Positions 60,644-64,000 of a DNA stretch of 64,000 nt are shown in pieces. The position numbers were made by a program, and so were the translations under genes. Below the pieces are notes generated by a model that was not told the origin of the DNA, made no database searches, and saw nothing but the letters and a program-made list of their open reading frames with translations. Location of the stretch: the NCBI GenBank assembly GCA_965153355.1, contig OZ231126.1, positions 42,408,001 to 42,472,000 of the forward strand, read 5' to 3'. Positions within the stretch are counted from its first letter, which is position 1. The number at the start of each line of letters is the position of its first letter. This DNA comes from Flaccisagitta enflata (lineage: Eukaryota).

Positions 60644-62504
60644 CTCGTGAATGACTTGGGCGCAGAGATGGTCGAAGAGTCTGCCTCTGTCCCACGTGAA
60701 TTCGCACTTCAAATCTCCCTTCTTCACGTGAGTCACTTTGATCTTCCAGAAGGTTTCGGGAATGAAACTCTCGATTGCGCGATACCGTTCCACCACGAAG
60801 CCCAACGTGGGAAATTGACAACTGGATGTATCAAAATGTGGACGAAGAAGAATTGTTTCGTGTACACTTTTTATTTTTTTTTAAGAACCTAGTTTATAAT
60901 ATCAAGCCTTGAAATAGTTCAAAAAATTAAGAACATAGTAATTATTTTACCAGTAGCTATCTCTATCTCTTTTGAAAGCTTCAGAAAAAAAATGACGTTC
61001 TTTTAAAAAACAAACAAACAACAATTGAACTAAGAAAACATCTTCCAAACGTCTATGCGTCGTTATTCCATCCGACGACGGTTTTCCGTTGACGCTGAAC
61101 TACGTGGCAATAACAACAACAACAAAGATAACCTATCAACCGTCGACTAAAGACATTTTGATGGTCTTTCACCTGCCGTAGGATACGAGATTGTTGGAGA
61201 GCGTGTTGGGGAATTGATGCTGCAGACGAAGCGTTTGGAAGCGCGTGAATGCTGCGCCGATTCGGAGATCCAACTCCTTCCTCAACTCCACCGCGTCGTT
61301 GATCAACTTTTACAGGGGGCGGAGGGGGGGAGGAGAAAGGATCAAGAATTATCGGTTATAAATACACAATGACTGCGATTGATTTGAACACGAATTTCAG
61401 GTCTTGAGAAAACAGCCCAGCTTTCCCTTCCTTACCTCATTGGGCGGCACGAGATTGTTGCAGGCTCTTCTGATGGCGTTTTGAGTGATTTCCGAGAACT
61501 TGGCCCGATGGACGGCGATGTTGGATTTGACGGCGCGGCAAACGGAAATGATCTCGAATCCGATGTTTTCTCCTTCACGATCACCATCAGTCCATATGAT
61601 CAAAGCTGGAGATAGGTAAAGAAGGATCGGGTGCTGGAGGAATAAACAAACCTCACGCAACCATATCTTTAGATGACACAGTCTCTGCCGATATCTCCAC
61701 TCGCTCAAACTGTAAGCTATTTATTTGAATCTTGACCAACAACAACATTTCCCACCTTGGCACCCGCGAATTTCCTTCTCCAACGTTCGTTTGATATCCT
61801 TGTAATTGTCCGGGCAGTAAGTCTGCACTGGGGCGTCAAAGAGCGACAGAGGACTGCATTGACGCCAACCGCGGAACGAACTGGTAAACTCCAAGTTGAG
61901 TAAATGGCCGGAAACGGAAGTCATAATCATTTGGACGTTATTGTGGCCCAAAATGGAGTAGTTAAACTCGTAAATCATGTTGAACTTGGAAAAGCCTGAG
62001 AGCGACAGGTTATGTTTATATTACGTAAGTTTATACATTACTTGCGTAAAGGGTGAAGAAATAATATATAGGTCACTTCACCCACTTCATAACTAAAACT
62101 AGTTTCACTAACGTCCTGATATGATTGAAGATCTAATTTTGCTTCGGCAATCACTAGTACTTAACCGAATCTCCTTCAAAACATTACACCGCATGAATTG
62201 TCGCCAACATTCAAGACTACTTTCCCCTTTTACCTCGTCGCGTGCTTGGATTATTGTTGCCACACATAATTTTGGCGATATTTTTCGCCGCGTCATTCTT
62301 CTCGGCTACGTTGAGAATCTTCATGACGCTCGTGTTGTTGGTTCCTTCCGGTGGTGGAGAATCGAGATCGTTTGTCAAGGACTGACAAAGACGATTTACA
62401 GTGAAGAATGGCCGCCAGTTGGAGCCGAGTATCGACGGGCGTCTCCAAGGTAAAAATGTCAACTGAGGCACCAAACGAGAAGGAAGGATGAATGACAAGT
62501 TCAT
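60644..62504 (-). CDS. TOP3A: DNA topoisomerase III alpha, first five exons (truncated at the fold-back apex)
   Basis: Exons 62504-62234, 61995-61756, 61605-61436, 61306-61173 and 60821-60644 are in phase. Motifs LNVAEKNDAAK, SKFN.IYEF, MTSVSGHL, WTDGDREGENIGFE, RAKFSEIT, ELDLRIGAAFTRFQT, SYGSCQFPTLGFVVERY. Confidence 0.95.
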
Positions 62505-62692
62505 AATAAATCAGAATCTGCCGCCATTATTTTGTCGCGCCGAGTCCGTTATTGTACAGACGGCGGCATATTATGGTTTTTTTCTGGGACAGACACGAAG
62601 TCTGCGAGGCCTCGAGCTCCAAAACGCGTTCGAAACATCCAGATGTTGGCAATCAGAAAGTAAAATGCCTGTCGAATTTCAAGGGAAAAATG

Positions 62693-63271
62693 AAACGGGT
62701 CACCCAAGGGCAATATGTGGTCAGCGATACCCGTTGCCCTGCTTTGAGTGATAGTGAATTGGAGTGAGGGGAAGCAGGGCAGCGGCCTTGAAGGGGATGA
62801 AGTCCCGTAGAACACGGGGACTTTCGTTCTTCCTGCCTGAAGAAGTAGATGAGATGCTATGGAGGGCTGACTGAAGGCCTTCAAGAGCCTAATCTGAGGT
62901 CTAAGAAGGATGATGTAAGGCCTGAGAATGCAAATTGGAGGCTTGAGAGGGCTGCTTAGAGGCTCGAGAGGGCTGGGAAGGCCAGACGACTGATTTGAAA
63001 CCTGAAAATTGAGGCTTAGATGGCTGATTGGCTTAGATGGCTGATTGGAGGCCTGAGACCCAGGTTTGAGGCCTGAGAGGTTGGATTCTGAGCGGCCAGA
63101 TTTGAGGCCTAAGAGGCTGGATTTGAGGCCTAAGAGGCTGGATTTGAGGCCTGACAGGCCACATTCAAGGCCTGAGAGGCCTGATGAGAGGGGGGGGACG
63201 AACAAACAAACAAACCAAAGTTCCCCCGTGTTCTACAGGACTACGCCCCCTTCGCGACCGCTGTCCAAAAA
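62693..63271 (-). mobile_element. Inverted-repeat / 21-bp tandem-array element upstream of TOP3A
   Basis: Close reverse-complement relative of 21134-21703: same tail, inverted repeats and AGGCCTAAGAGGCTGGATTTG units. Confidence 0.75.
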
Positions 63272-63919
63272 CAAAAATAACAGATTCATCAGGAACAAAC
63301 TGAGAAAGCGGGCGGAGTAAAACGCAAAACTGTTAAAGGGAGAACAAATGAGAGAAATAGAGAGCCAACGGCAAACAGTAAATCAGAAAAACGCGAAAAA
63401 TATCCATGTGACGCCATTTTGAATTAGTGTAATCGTAAAGGCGACCCTATACCATACGCCCGAGAAAAATAGTATTACTATTTTTGCTATTGTGAAATCA
63501 TTACTTTATACCTAATTCTCGATAGATTCATATAATTCAAATAAATCAAACTATTCACAATGCAACCAACGCCAGATGTTTGCTAAAGTATGGTAAAACG
63601 GAGGAACGATTTGGCATCGCGTCTCACTGTCCTCACTGGGAAACCAAAAAATGCATATTGCAAATGCATTATTCTCTTCACAACTACACTCCGTTTTTGA
63701 TATCCCTTATCCACAAGCTAGGAAAAAATAATCAATGAAGACAAAACCAGAAATAACGTAAAAATTTGTAATGAGCAAATCGAGTAAAACGTAAAGGCAA
63801 GTTCGGTATCGGTATTACAGAGTGACGTAGCTTTTTTGAGAATTCGTTTGGTAAATATGTAATCGTAGGTGGTGGTTGGGATAGCATTGCTTTTCAGAAA
63901 GCGCGCTGTCGACAGCGAA

Positions 63920-63966
<47 letters not shown>

Positions 63967-64000
63967 ATCAATGTTTCAAGCGCATAATAAATAATAACTA

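Overview
Repeat-rich eukaryotic (invertebrate animal-like) DNA with GT-AG introns. I found no prokaryotic operons, RNA genes or CRISPR array. Hand-spliced genes, left to right: (1) the 5' end of a secreted protein (- strand, runs off the window). (2) An OATP/SLCO transporter (+, 3673-21955) that looks disrupted: a TA-duplicating MITE sits inside exon 5, and the exon expected between exon 6 and the Kazal exon is missing beside a 10.6-kb foldback element. That element is built from two inverted arrays of a 67-bp satellite with a 335-bp higher-order repeat. (3) An intact 306-aa gamma-glutamylcyclotransferase fused to a cytochrome-b5/steroid-binding-like domain (-, 23790-34243). (4) Mitochondrial SSB (SSBP1), followed about 210 bp later by an intronless HMGXB4. 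(5) A TLC-domain (TLCD4/TMEM56-like) gene. (6) The 5' part of TOP3A. About 51500-60610 is low-quality sequence, and at least 57758-60610 is a deletion-rich mirror of 60622-63915 that turns at ~60615; this is most likely a fold-back read artefact. Intergenic and intronic DNA is packed with Helentron/DINE-1-like non-autonomous elements, MITEs with TA, TTAA or 8-bp target duplications, a second foldback element and microsatellites. Most ORFs in the supplied track are repeat artefacts. Family assignments come from recalled motifs, not database searches.
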